Made by a program: the position numbers and the translations under genes | From: Leptonemataceae bacterium | Lineage (GTDB): Bacteria; Spirochaetota; Leptospiria; Leptospirales; Leptonemataceae | Assembly (NCBI GenBank): GCA_965227295.1 | Contig: OZ245742.1 | Coordinates: 2,624,001 to 2,688,000, forward strand | DNA: 64,000 nucleotides | Reading direction: 5' to 3' | Part shown: one piece after another, positions 37,399 to 46,738 of the stretch | Position numbering within the stretch: the first letter of the stretch is position 1 | How the letters are laid out: each line of letters begins with the position of its first letter | The notes under the pieces: model-generated | The model's database searches: none | Told to the model about the DNA's origin: nothing | Seen by the model: only the letters and a program-made list of their open reading frames with translations

Positions 37399-39948
37399 GT
37401 GAGCAACGAAGAACGAAAAAGAAAGCGCGAGCGCAGTCCGATTTTCGGCAACGCCCTGGAAGGAGAAAACATCTTCCAGCGCGCGCTCATTCGCACGTCC
37501 TCGTTTCTGACCCGGGCCCGGCCGCGGGAGTGGGTGCGTCGCATGCAACTGGTTCTGCTCGGCGTAACGGTCATCATTGTAACGTTTTCGCTTTCGTATC
37601 CCAGTTTCACGGAATCGGACATCGATCCGGACTCGCCCGCCTGGAAAAAAGGACAACCCGCGCCTCAGGATGTGGTGGCCGCCACCAGCGTTGAGTTTCT
37701 ACGAGAGAAGGAATTGCAGCAGGCCCGGGAGCGCGCCGCGAAGAACGCGTCCCCGCATTTCACGCGGGATTTCAGCGCGCTCTCCGAGCCCGGGGACAGC
37801 AACGCCTCGCAGGAAGCCAACTTCCGGACCATGCTCAAGAGCGACATGGATTCCGTGAACGACTGCCGGGCGCGTCCCGGAGCCGCGGCCAATGCGCGCT
37901 GCGTCCGGAGCAAGGTGCCCCGCTGGCGGCGCCTCACCGACGACGAAATCTACAACATTACCAGCATGGGCGGCCGGGAACTCTCTCAAAAATTGAGCGA
38001 GCTTGTCAGTCGCCTCTTCGAGCGTTTCGTCATCCTGAACGATCTTGATCCGGCCGTGCGGGACTACTCCGGCGAGAATCCGGCGAAGGTCCGTAACCTG
38101 GGCGGCAGTTCCTCCCGGGAAGTAAAAGAGGTGGCCTGGGCCAACGTCATGGGGCGGAACCGCATCTTCAACGGCGACGTGCGCAATCGTTTCGAGGCCG
38201 AGGCGCTCACGCTGTTTCCGGAGCGCAGTTCCCTGCACCGCCGCGCCCTCGTGAAGCTGGCGCAGCGTTATCTCTATCCCCTGGACGCCGTGCGTTACGA
38301 TCCCGACGCCACGGAACGGGCCCGGGAAGAAGCCCGGCAGAACGTCCAGGTCTCGGACTATGTAACGAAGTACAATCGCGGCCAGGCCATCGTAAAACGC
38401 GATCAGGTCATTACCGAGGACATTCACGCCGCGCTCAGTCTGCACAAGCAGGGACGGACCTGGGAACGTTTCTGGCGTGTGGTGGCGATCTTCCTGCAGC
38501 AGTGCGTGGTGATGGGATTGCTGTTGTACTTCGCCATGCAATTTGCCCACGGACAAATCAGCGCGGTCAGTTCGAATCTCATCGTCTTTCTTACGGTATG
38601 GTTGTTCGCCGTGTTGTTGCTGGTGTTCGAAATGATCTGGGCAACGAACGCCACGCATAACGAGGTCACGCACTTCTTCGGTGCCTGGGTGCCGTTGGGG
38701 ATCTTCGTTGTGATGCTTGCGATCATCTTCGGCGAGGTCTTTACGATTCCCGTGGGTCTCTACATGGCCTTCCTGGTGTTCATCTCCAGTCGCTACGACG
38801 GGCTTTCGTTATTGATCACATCCACCATGGCGGTGACCGCGACGATCCTCGGGGCGCGCATTAAAAAACGCGTACAGTTTATTACGACGGCGATGTGGCT
38901 GGCGGCTCTGAACTTTTTTCTCGTGACCGCCGGTTATCTCTACGGCAACCGCCCCATCCTGGCCGAACTGGATAGTGCGAACACGCTCTTCTCGAGCAAC
39001 TACGCGGAGGCCGTGACCATCGCCGTTCTCGTCGGGCTCGCGACGTTTTTCGTGATGGTCCTGCTGCCCGTGTACGAGGCGCTTTTTAACATACCCACCC
39101 GCTTCCGATTGCAAGAGCTGGCCGATCCTTCGCATCCGCTCTTACAGGAAATGTTCAAGCTCGCTCCGTCCACCTGGACGCATACGCTCATGGTGGCGGC
39201 CATGGTGGAGAAGGCCTGCGAGCGCCTGAATCTGAACACCGTGCTCGCGCGCACCGGCATCTATTTTCACGATATTGGAAAGATGCGGAACGCCGGCTTT
39301 TTTATTGAAAACCAGCATTTGATTCCGCGTCCCGAGAACGTCGACAAGGACAGCCCGCAACTGGCGGCGAAGGTCATCATCGATCACGTCCTGGACGGCA
39401 TTAAGATGGCGGAGGCCTATCGTCTGCCGCGGGAGGTGATCGCGTTCATCCCGGAGCACCACGGTACCTCGACCATGGCGTTCTTTTATCACAAGGCCCT
39501 CGAAAAGATGAAGCGCAAGGTCCGCCGCGAGGACTTTCGTTATCCGGGGCCCATTCCCCAGAGCAAAGAGACCGGCATCGCCATGATCGCGGACTCGGTG
39601 GAAGCCGCGTCCCGGTCCCTGGAAGAGGTCACCGAGGAAAGTCTCGACGGCCTCATTCAAAAGATTACCAACATTAAGTTAGCGGAAAACCAGCTCGACG
39701 AGAGCGGCCTCACCGTGGGCGACCTGCACGTGGTCAAAGAGGCCTTCGTGGACGTGCTCATCTCCTCGTTCCACAGCCGGCCCAAGTATCCGAACCAGGC
39801 CGACACGAAAAAGCTCGAGGAAGAGCAGTCACAGAAAAAACGCGGCGGCAAGAAGGCCGCGGCGAAAGGCAAGGCGTCCTCCCGGAAAGCGGCGCCGGCG
39901 GCTAAGAAAACTTCAAAGAAAGCTAAAAAGAAGGCGGCGAACACGTAG
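37399..39948 (+). CDS. 7TM-HD phosphohydrolase (PgpH-like)
   Basis: Extracellular domain, 7 TMs, HDIGK..FFIENQ, EHHGT, FRYPGPIPQSKE, ADSVEAASRS. Confidence 0.9.
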   Translation: MSNEERKRKRERSPIFGNALEGENIFQRALIRTSSFLTRARPREWVRRMQLVLLGVTVIIVTFSLSYPSFTESDIDPDSPAWKKGQPAPQDVVAATSVEFLREKELQQARERAAKNASPHFTRDFSALSEPGDSNASQEANFRTMLKSDMDSVNDCRARPGAAANARCVRSKVPRWRRLTDDEIYNITSMGGRELSQKLSELVSRLFERFVILNDLDPAVRDYSGENPAKVRNLGGSSSREVKEVAWANVMGRNRIFNGDVRNRFEAEALTLFPERSSLHRRALVKLAQRYLYPLDAVRYDPDATERAREEARQNVQVSDYVTKYNRGQAIVKRDQVITEDIHAALSLHKQGRTWERFWRVVAIFLQQCVVMGLLLYFAMQFAHGQISAVSSNLIVFLTVWLFAVLLLVFEMIWATNATHNEVTHFFGAWVPLGIFVVMLAIIFGEVFTIPVGLYMAFLVFISSRYDGLSLLITSTMAVTATILGARIKKRVQFITTAMWLAALNFFLVTAGYLYGNRPILAELDSANTLFSSNYAEAVTIAVLVGLATFFVMVLLPVYEALFNIPTRFRLQELADPSHPLLQEMFKLAPSTWTHTLMVAAMVEKACERLNLNTVLARTGIYFHDIGKMRNAGFFIENQHLIPRPENVDKDSPQLAAKVIIDHVLDGIKMAEAYRLPREVIAFIPEHHGTSTMAFFYHKALEKMKRKVRREDFRYPGPIPQSKETGIAMIADSVEAASRSLEEVTEESLDGLIQKITNIKLAENQLDESGLTVGDLHVVKEAFVDVLISSFHSRPKYPNQADTKKLEEEQSQKKRGGKKAAAKGKASSRKAAPAAKKTSKKAKKKAANT

Positions 39949-39954
39949 ATCGGA

Positions 39955-41670
39955 TTACAGGCTCAGCTTTCGAAAACTAAGAGGACTGATCGACTTCCAA
40001 TCTACGTCTTTGTCCAGGTTTGCTACTTTTCTTTCGTCTAAGACTGCCGCGCCCAAATCGCAAAAGAAGTCATAGTAAGAGTTTAATCGGCCTTTTTGAT
40101 TGTCTAAAATCGTTTCGAACGACCAAGAAAATCTTGGATAGCCTTGAAGGAGAACGTGCTTGAGCATCCCCAGGACCCGATCCGGGTTGTCTTTCTGTAG
40201 ATTCTGAAGGATAGCCGCATAAAACAGGATCTCTGCGCAAACTTGAGAGTAGAGGATGTTGATTAGACTTGCTGCGTTCGTAAGCTCATTCTTAGCCTCA
40301 AAGAGTCTATTGTTGGCCAGCAGGAATGCCGCATAGTTCGCTCTCTTATTTGGGTCAGTCTCTGCCAGTTCAATTGCTCTACGGTAATACAGTTCTGCTG
40401 CCGCCGAGGAGCCTCTTCGGGCCAGAAAATTGGCATAATTACCGTGACAGTTCGGATCTTCCGGGGAAAACCGGATGGCACGCCTGTGCCAGATATCAGC
40501 CAGCACATGTTTGCATTCTTGGGTTGCTAAATAATGTGCATAATGGTATGCGAGTTTGCTGCTGAGCTTAAGTCGCACGAAGCCTTTGATGTACTCTTTT
40601 CTTTTCTCGCCGGCTCCCGCATTCCGTGCGAGGAACTCGTGTCTTTGCCATCCGGAAATTCTCTTTATTGTGCTATTAATGCAATTGGTTAAACCCGGTG
40701 TCCCATATTCGCCGTCGAGCTCTTTCGCCTGGATTATTGCAAGGTTATCATAAATTGACTGAATCGTATTGGAGTATAAAGGGTCGTTTCTTTGGCTGGG
40801 CTCGATGGCATCATATAGTTGCATCATGAACTCATCGAATCCATAAATAGGAGTCAGTGTACCTCTAAGCCGAGAAACAACCTCCTCGACATGTTTTTCT
40901 GGCTGATTCTTCCAATAATAGCACCAGTGAACTCTACCTGGGATACGATCAGGGTCCAACTCGTATAGGAAGTTCATGAAGCCACCATCGTGTCCTCCGT
41001 ACCCTAAGAAAATTGGGGTATAATGAGCAAACAGCTCTTCCAGGGGGCCTTTCCAGGCATCATGCAAAGTTGATACTTGAGCCGGGCGACTCTTTGATTC
41101 GAATAGAAAGTCACCGTGAATTTTAACGACTAATGGCCTCCTTAAGTGGGGGACAGCAAATGCGGCCTGAGATTCATGCAGGCAAACTCTAGGGTGGCGT
41201 CCCGTTAACTGGAATATAGATTCCGAAACGAGCTTGTCGAAATTGGTCGTGATGGCGACTCGGTGGCGTCCCCCAGTCAAAATTCTTGCTAAAGCGAAAT
41301 AACCGATGCTAGGATGTTTAAAGTCGATGTGCCTTTCAATCTCGGCCAACCCCATCTCAAGATCGCCATCGAAACATTTTTCGTAGATAAAAGGGTAATA
41401 TGCGGCAGAGTTCTCTATGGAAAAATCCGGCAAATCGAATTCTGAGCGAAACCAGGCTTCAACATCAGTATCGTTGAGGGATTGTTCTTTGCCGGCCTGG
41501 CGCGATGCGATTCGTCGTACCCATTGTTGTGCAAGCTGTTGGGCGCCGGGTATACCGGATTGTATTGAAGCTCCCGCTCCGATGATGAAACAGAAATTGC
41601 GGGTCTCGTCATTATTGTGGTGGTGAAGAATGTGTTCAATCAGTCCTGTTGCTGTCCAGTTTTCAGGCAT
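39955..41670 (-). CDS. SIR2-like domain plus TPR protein (candidate anti-phage defence)
   Basis: FIIGAGASIQSGIP, ITTNFD, KIHGD, FLGYGG.D; TPRs (GNYANFL..AELYYRRAIE, ANYAAFL); visibly lower GC; GAGGAG SD before ATG 41670. Confidence 0.8.
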   Translation of the reverse strand: MPENWTATGLIEHILHHHNNDETRNFCFIIGAGASIQSGIPGAQQLAQQWVRRIASRQAGKEQSLNDTDVEAWFRSEFDLPDFSIENSAAYYPFIYEKCFDGDLEMGLAEIERHIDFKHPSIGYFALARILTGGRHRVAITTNFDKLVSESIFQLTGRHPRVCLHESQAAFAVPHLRRPLVVKIHGDFLFESKSRPAQVSTLHDAWKGPLEELFAHYTPIFLGYGGHDGGFMNFLYELDPDRIPGRVHWCYYWKNQPEKHVEEVVSRLRGTLTPIYGFDEFMMQLYDAIEPSQRNDPLYSNTIQSIYDNLAIIQAKELDGEYGTPGLTNCINSTIKRISGWQRHEFLARNAGAGEKRKEYIKGFVRLKLSSKLAYHYAHYLATQECKHVLADIWHRRAIRFSPEDPNCHGNYANFLARRGSSAAAELYYRRAIELAETDPNKRANYAAFLLANNRLFEAKNELTNAASLINILYSQVCAEILFYAAILQNLQKDNPDRVLGMLKHVLLQGYPRFSWSFETILDNQKGRLNSYYDFFCDLGAAVLDERKVANLDKDVDWKSISPLSFRKLSL

Positions 41671-41769
41671 ATGGAGACTCCTCATTAAATCTGGCTCAAA
41701 GCCTACTCCTGAAGTGATAGAAATGGGTCTTGGGCGTCAATTTTTATTCAGAAAACTCCGAGGCGGCGT

Positions 41770-41958
41770 TTAAAACCTTGCGCCCACGGCCTTGTCGTCC
41801 ACGCTTTCAATGAAGTAAGGTTCGCTCTCCGCAAGTTTACACCATTCGAGAAAGGGCGGCCACTCCAGAAGCGCGTGCACGTATTCCTGCGCCGGGCCGT
41901 CGAGCTCGACACCGTAGGTCCGAAAGCGTGAGGCCACCGGAAGATAAAACGCATCCAC
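41770..41958 (-). pseudogene. C-terminal fragment of a glutathione S-transferase
   Basis: DAFYLPVASRFRTYGV..YV..LL..P...EW...A..E; N-terminal domain absent. Confidence 0.7.
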
Positions 41959-42010
41959 GGGGGAATATTTGCTTTAACTTTCACGCAGTGCCGGCTACTT
42001 CGTTCGCAGC

Positions 42011-43687
42011 ATGTCCGTGAAGCTAATCTCCTCGATACTCCGGCGGTTCTTTCTTGCGATCGCCGTCATTCTGATCGCCCTGATCCTTACGCTACCCGCG
42101 TTGCTGAACGCAGTTCTCGAATTCCCGGAGAGCCGCGCCTGGATCGCCGGAGAAGTGCGTTCGACCCTGGGACGCGAGCTGCGCATCGACGGCGAGGTCC
42201 GGCTGAATCTGTACACGCTCACGCCCGGCTTTCGCCTCACCGACGTACGTCTGAGCAACGCACCCTGGGCCTCGCGGCCGGACATGCTTGAGCTCGACTA
42301 CTTCGACGTACATCTGAGCCTGGTTCCGCTCTTGATTTCCGGTGAGCTGGACTTCCGCAGCGTGGTCCTCGGCGGAGCGCACATCTACCTGGAGCAAAAG
42401 GACGGGCGCGCTAACTGGCACTTCGCGAAACTCAGTGCGGATGCAGAAAAAACCCCCGCGCGAAACTACGGAACACGGCCCCTGCGTTTGCTGGCGGATC
42501 ACATTGCCGTGCGAAACGCGAAGATCCGTTTCGCGACGGCGGAAACGACCTACGTTCTGGACCTGGACGCCCTGGATGCGGCGTTCGCGGAGGATGGGGA
42601 TCATATGCACGTCCGCGGTCGGCTGACAGCGCGGTACGGAAACTCGGACCTGCGCGGCAGCTTCGATGTGCGGGAGGAGCCGTTGTCAATCCGCGTGAAC
42701 GTGCAATCGAAGCTGTTGGACGTGGACGACTTACTGAAGCGGTCGGCGAAACATGCGGCGCCGCCGCAATCGGCAACGACACAACCGGCAACGACACAAC
42801 CGGCAACGACACAACCGGCAGCGACGCAAGCGGACCCCGCGATTCCGTATGAAGAGTTACTCCGGCTCGCCGCCGATGTGGAGTGGGCGTCGGATCAGAT
42901 TAAGTATCGCCAGCTAAAAATTAGTGACGCACAGCTAAAAACAAAACTCGCGGCCGGTCGCCTGGTTGCGGAGCAGGTGCGGCTGAAATTCGCCGACGGC
43001 AGCGTCGCGGCGAACCTGGCGGTGGATGCCGCGCAACAATCCCTCGAGCTAAAGCTAAGACTCGAAGAACTCTCGCTGAAATTGTTACTCCAGGCCGCGG
43101 GAGCTGAGGCTTTCCTGGACGGTCCGCTCAGCCTCGATGTGCGGCTCAAAGGCTCGGGGCCGCGCCTCGATGCGCTCCGCCGCAGCCTGGCAGGGCGCAT
43201 CGTACTGGAAGTCGGTGCCGCGGGCCTGGACCAGGCGGCGCTGTATCGAACAACCGGTCCCGCCGTGGCCGGGGAACTTCGTACCTGGGCGGCGCCTCTA
43301 CCGGATATCGAGTGCGTGGTTCTGGGTGCGGACATCCATGCCGGGCGCGGGCGTAGCGACGTCTTCCTGGTGGACACGAACGAGTTTACGCTCACCGGCA
43401 GCGGTTACGCGGATCTTCATCGACCGGCCGCCCCGGATTTCGTGCTAATGTTTGACGATAGACACTTAAGCCTCCTCGATCTGGCGGACCATCTGCCGAT
43501 TCACATCGGCGGCACGTTCCGCCGCCCCGCCGTCAGCGTGTGGCAACGCGACGACGCGGTAGCGTTGTTCCAAGACGTTCTGGAGTTTCCGGAGCTACCG
43601 GTCGACCTCGTGGCGGACATGCTCGGGCTGGACAAAACCCCGGCCAATGTCTGCGCCGCGGCCCGGGCGAAGGCGGCGAAACACTGA
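42011..43687 (+). CDS. AsmA-family protein
   Basis: N-terminal TM, LGRELRIDG, DVRLSNAPWA, GRANW, YGNSDLRG. Confidence 0.8.
   Translation: MSVKLISSILRRFFLAIAVILIALILTLPALLNAVLEFPESRAWIAGEVRSTLGRELRIDGEVRLNLYTLTPGFRLTDVRLSNAPWASRPDMLELDYFDVHLSLVPLLISGELDFRSVVLGGAHIYLEQKDGRANWHFAKLSADAEKTPARNYGTRPLRLLADHIAVRNAKIRFATAETTYVLDLDALDAAFAEDGDHMHVRGRLTARYGNSDLRGSFDVREEPLSIRVNVQSKLLDVDDLLKRSAKHAAPPQSATTQPATTQPATTQPAATQADPAIPYEELLRLAADVEWASDQIKYRQLKISDAQLKTKLAAGRLVAEQVRLKFADGSVAANLAVDAAQQSLELKLRLEELSLKLLLQAAGAEAFLDGPLSLDVRLKGSGPRLDALRRSLAGRIVLEVGAAGLDQAALYRTTGPAVAGELRTWAAPLPDIECVVLGADIHAGRGRSDVFLVDTNEFTLTGSGYADLHRPAAPDFVLMFDDRHLSLLDLADHLPIHIGGTFRRPAVSVWQRDDAVALFQDVLEFPELPVDLVADMLGLDKTPANVCAAARAKAAKH
42771..42829 (+). 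repeat. In-frame 15-bp tandem repeat encoding (ATTQP)n
   Basis: CGGCAACGACACAAC x3 plus a degenerate fourth unit. Confidence 0.9.
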
Positions 43688-43700
43688 CGCCGCCCGCATT

Positions 43701-44606
43701 TCACTCACGGGTGGTTTTTCCGGCCTCCCCCCGCAGTAGATAGATCCCGCTGATCACGATCAACGTACATCCCGTTAACGTGTACAAATCCGGAGTTACG
43801 CCCCAGATCCACCAATCGATCAGCACGGCCCAGAGAACCGCCGTATACTCGTACGGGCCGAGGGCCGGCGGCGGGGCGAAGCGCAACGATTGATTCATAA
43901 AAAACAAACCGGTGCCGCCGAGCAGGCCCAGTGTTACGAAAAGCCCGAGAGACGCGACCGAAGTGATCGGCTGCCACACGAACGGCAATGCGATCAAAGT
44001 CGCGAGGCCCGCGCCGGCGTTGATCCAGAACGTCAGCGCTTCGCCGCTTTCTTCGTCGGCATAGGCCCGGGCGAGAATCTGCGCGATGGCGTAACATACG
44101 GCGCCGATCAACACCAGCATCGCCGCCGGGTGAACGATGCCCGTGTCCGGCCGCAGGGCGACCAGTACGCCCAGGAAACCGATGACGATCGACGCGCCGC
44201 GATGCTTCGTGAGTTTGTCTTTCAGTAAGATGATCGAAAACGAAGTTAGAAAAATGGGGCCGGCAAAAAAGAGCGTGGTGGCGTTCCCCAGGCTCAACTC
44301 GCGGACGGCCAGGCCGAAACACAGCAGCGCAACGAGAGCGCAGGCCGCTCGCAACACGTGCACCCAGGGCCGCGCCGGCCGCAGTACCGCAACCATGCCG
44401 TCAGGGTGGCGCGCGGCCAGGAGCAACGCCGGAATCATACCGAAGCTGTAACGAAAAAAGAGGACCTGGAGAATGGGGTAGCGGAGCGCCTGATACTTTA
44501 GAATGCCGTCCATGCAACCCAGCACCGCCACGGCCGCGATCATGAAGGCTATGCCCAGGGGGATGTTGTCGTTTTTCAAAAGATATGACTCCGGAAACCG
44601 CGGCAC
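43701..44606 (-). CDS. DMT/EamA-family transporter
   Basis: About 10 TMs; GFLGVLVALRP, PYEY. Confidence 0.88.
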   Translation of the reverse strand: MPRFPESYLLKNDNIPLGIAFMIAAVAVLGCMDGILKYQALRYPILQVLFFRYSFGMIPALLLAARHPDGMVAVLRPARPWVHVLRAACALVALLCFGLAVRELSLGNATTLFFAGPIFLTSFSIILLKDKLTKHRGASIVIGFLGVLVALRPDTGIVHPAAMLVLIGAVCYAIAQILARAYADEESGEALTFWINAGAGLATLIALPFVWQPITSVASLGLFVTLGLLGGTGLFFMNQSLRFAPPPALGPYEYTAVLWAVLIDWWIWGVTPDLYTLTGCTLIVISGIYLLRGEAGKTTRE

Positions 44607-44852
44607 CGTACTCCGGTTTGTGCCTCGATACCTCGATCCCCGGAGTGGAAAAAAAAGCCGAAGGCGACGCTTCGACCGGAAAAGGGGTTCACAAAATACA
44701 CGGCCGAATCTACATCAAAAAACACAAATTCCGTAAACTCCCTTCCGGAGATTCCGTCAGTAAACAGGTGCCCTTACGAAAATCGAGGCATCCTGCGTGG
44801 GACCCGGTCCTAACGCAACCCTAACATCGAAACCAAAACAAGGACGTTAGAG

Positions 44853-46703
44853 ATGGCACAATCCAATCTTAACACACGCCTGCGCCCCATGATTCTGCGG
44901 CCGCTTCTGCTCGCCGCCGTTTTCCTGGGTTTGTCCGGCGGATCGCTGTTGTTGTACTCACAATCACCGGCCCATCCTCTGGATGCGGTCTATCGCTCCG
45001 CGGCCGGCGGCGCCGTAAGCGCGGCCGATGAGAACATCGTGCTGCGCCGCATGTCGCTGCAAATCCGCGGGGTTATTCCTTCGCTGCGCGAGGTGCGCGA
45101 GTTCGAGGCCATGCCGCAAGAGACCCGGCTGCAAACTTTCGCCGTGCGCTTCTTAAGAGATGCGGACTACGCCCACTACTGGGCCACGGTCTTCGGCGAG
45201 GCCCTGCGCGAACAATCCAACTTCAATCGTACGAAGTACGGTTCGTACTTCGATTACCTGGCGAAGTCTCTGCACGAAAACAAACCCTACGACGTCATGA
45301 CCCGGGAACTGCTCACGGCCACGGGCACGCCGGACAAAAACCCCGCCGCGAACTTTTACATTCGCGACGACGGCGATCCGCTGCAGGTGGCCGAGTACGT
45401 CGGCCGCGTGTTTTACGGCGCCCGCCTCAACTGCGCGCGCTGCCACGATCATCCGTTTCGCAAGGATTTTACGCGTCGCGATTACTACGGCTTCGCCGCC
45501 TTTTTCAGCCAGGCCTGGGTCCGCAAGAATCAAAAGAACGATTGGTTGCCGAAAGAACGCATGGAGCACTTCCCGACCCAGGCGGGCAAAGAGTACCAAC
45601 AAAAACGCAACGATTGGTACCGCAACGTCTGGAATAAAATGAGCAAGGCCGAGCAGAAACGCTGGCGCGAGAAAAACAAACTCGAGTACGCCGAGGTCGC
45701 TTTCGAAGAAGGCCTGTCCTTGCGCTTTCCGCATACGGACTACGCTCCCGGCGGTGATCTGGTGAAGCCGCTCTTCCCGGACGGCACGCGTGCGTTCATC
45801 GAAGAAGGCGAGGACCGTCGTGCGGTCTTCGCGCGCTGGCTCACCGCGAAAGAAAACGATCGCTTCCGCAAAGTGCTGATCAACCGCGTGTGGACGCGCT
45901 TGATGGGCTGGTCGTTTTTTACGCCGCTGGACGACTGGCAACCGGATACGAAAATCAAACATCCGGAATTGCTGGAGCACCTGGATCAGGTCTTCCTGGA
46001 AAAGAAGTATCGCATTAAGGATCTCATTCTCTATATTGCGACGTCCGAGGCCTATGCCCGCAGCGCGCCGGGGGCGAATACGCCGGAAGCGGAACGCGAA
46101 AGCATCGCGTACTTTCAACCGCAGCGCATGGACGCCTCGCAGTTGTTCAACTCGCTGTTGCGCGGTACTCAGACGGCGAAGACCAATCAAATCTGGGAAC
46201 GCGCGAACGTCGACATCACCGTCAACGATCAGAAGAATCCGCAGAACGTCGACCTCACCGGCATGGGCGCGCTGCTTTCGCCGGAAAAAAAGAATCGCGA
46301 GTACTCCAACGCCTGCGAGATTCCACGCCCGGCTCACGATCGCACGATCCTGGCGGTCTTCGGCGAGGGCGAACGCAACGACGTGGACGATTCTTCGCAG
46401 GAAGCGACCATCGATCAGGTGCTGGCGTTGCTCAACGGTCGCATGACCGGCAGCCTGGTCCGCAAGTACGGCGACAAGGACACGTTCATTGCGCAGGAGT
46501 ACGCGGAACACCAGGACATGGCAAAGAGCATCGAGACGGTTTACCAGAGCCTGTTGAGTCGTAAAATGTCGAAGGGCGAGCGGGACGTCATCGTGCCCAT
46601 GACCGAATCGCGGTTCATGCCCGGTGAACAGTTCAATCGCGGCCTGTTGCAAGATGTCGTCTGGGCCATCGTGGTGAGCCAGGAGTTCATCCACGTCCAC
46701 TAA
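44853..46703 (+). CDS. DUF1549/DUF1553 domain protein
   Basis: LRRMSLQIRGVIPS, NKPYD, CARCHDHPF..TRRDYYG.AAFF, INRVW..LMG, HPELLE.L, SQEF. Confidence 0.88.
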   Translation: MAQSNLNTRLRPMILRPLLLAAVFLGLSGGSLLLYSQSPAHPLDAVYRSAAGGAVSAADENIVLRRMSLQIRGVIPSLREVREFEAMPQETRLQTFAVRFLRDADYAHYWATVFGEALREQSNFNRTKYGSYFDYLAKSLHENKPYDVMTRELLTATGTPDKNPAANFYIRDDGDPLQVAEYVGRVFYGARLNCARCHDHPFRKDFTRRDYYGFAAFFSQAWVRKNQKNDWLPKERMEHFPTQAGKEYQQKRNDWYRNVWNKMSKAEQKRWREKNKLEYAEVAFEEGLSLRFPHTDYAPGGDLVKPLFPDGTRAFIEEGEDRRAVFARWLTAKENDRFRKVLINRVWTRLMGWSFFTPLDDWQPDTKIKHPELLEHLDQVFLEKKYRIKDLILYIATSEAYARSAPGANTPEAERESIAYFQPQRMDASQLFNSLLRGTQTAKTNQIWERANVDITVNDQKNPQNVDLTGMGALLSPEKKNREYSNACEIPRPAHDRTILAVFGEGERNDVDDSSQEATIDQVLALLNGRMTGSLVRKYGDKDTFIAQEYAEHQDMAKSIETVYQSLLSRKMSKGERDVIVPMTESRFMPGEQFNRGLLQDVVWAIVVSQEFIHVH

Positions 46704-46738
46704 TCTGCAATTACCTGAAGCTTAAAGAGGAACATCCC

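Noticed and set aside
44766..44818. Two hairpins upstream of the DUF1549 gene (possible riboswitch or minimal repeat ending CCTAACGCA)
   Set aside because: No recognisable riboswitch consensus and lacks the repeat's conserved ends
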